Below the pieces are notes generated by a model. That model ran no database searches. It was not told the origin of the DNA and was given only the letters and a program-made list of their open reading frames with translations. The translations under genes and the position numbers were made by a program. 49,551 nt of DNA from Malacoraja senta (Eukaryota). Positions 49,120 to 49,551 of this stretch are shown one piece after another (position 1 is the stretch's first letter; the number at the start of each line of letters is the position of its first letter). The DNA is taken from NCBI GenBank assembly GCA_038087875.1, contig JAXLNO010000637.1:1-49551 (forward strand), read 5' to 3'.

Positions 49120-49551
49120 GGTGCAAAAGTACTTTAAAAAAATAAAAAATTGAGGTCGGGTAAGGGGGGATGATAGTTGAAGAGTTGGTATGTCCTATTT
49201 ACGTGATGCTCAAAAAAAAACATTTGTTTTTCTTTTTTTCTCTTTCTCTTTTCTTTTCTTAGGGCCTATTTCTTAACTCTTTTTCTTTTTGTTTTTAATT
49301 TCGCTCTCATAGGGTCTTCGTCCTTTTTTGTTGTTACATTTTCTACACTTTTCTACACTTGCACTTTTTCCTTCACTTTCTTCTCTCTTTCAATCTTTTC
49401 TTTCTTTAGTGTAAAAAAATAAATAAAGGGAGTACATTAATTGTAAGAAGATATAAATGACGAGTATTAATGTATGTGGCTGTGATGTAATGTACTTGTA
49501 ATAAATAAAAATTAAAAAAAAAAAAATATTTCAGATTTAAAAAAATGTACA

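Larger units (their letters stand above)
43265..49526 (+). mobile_element. Full-length fish-type L1, copy B
   Basis: Inverted near-identical copy of 16818-23101; AATAAA and A-tail at 49500-49526. Confidence 0.97.

Overview
Eukaryotic, intron-containing, transposon-dense vertebrate DNA; the repeat complement (HE1/V-type SINE, CR1, Rex1, Penelope, fish-type L1) suggests a cartilaginous fish such as a skate or ray (inference). Host genes are a complete four-exon METTL21C-like protein-lysine methyltransferase (+, 32225-40405, 255 aa) and probable last exons of an unidentified gene (+, 37-1493). The remainder is mostly nested retroelements plus a Harbinger-type MITE and two Helitron-like elements. 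The most unusual structure involves two near-identical full-length L1 elements in inverted orientation around METTL21C. Copy A (-, 16818-23101) sits in a CR1 with a 290-bp target duplication. Copy B (+, 43265-49526) carries 159 bp of copy A's own 5' flank and is fused head-to-head to a second, different L1 3' end, so the insert has an outward-facing poly(A) tail at each end. It is followed by sequence identical to METTL21C intron 3 (38216-38238), suggesting an L1-bridged ~4.4-kb tandem duplication of the last METTL21C exon. Family names come from motif recognition only; no database search was run, and boundaries of degraded repeats are approximate.
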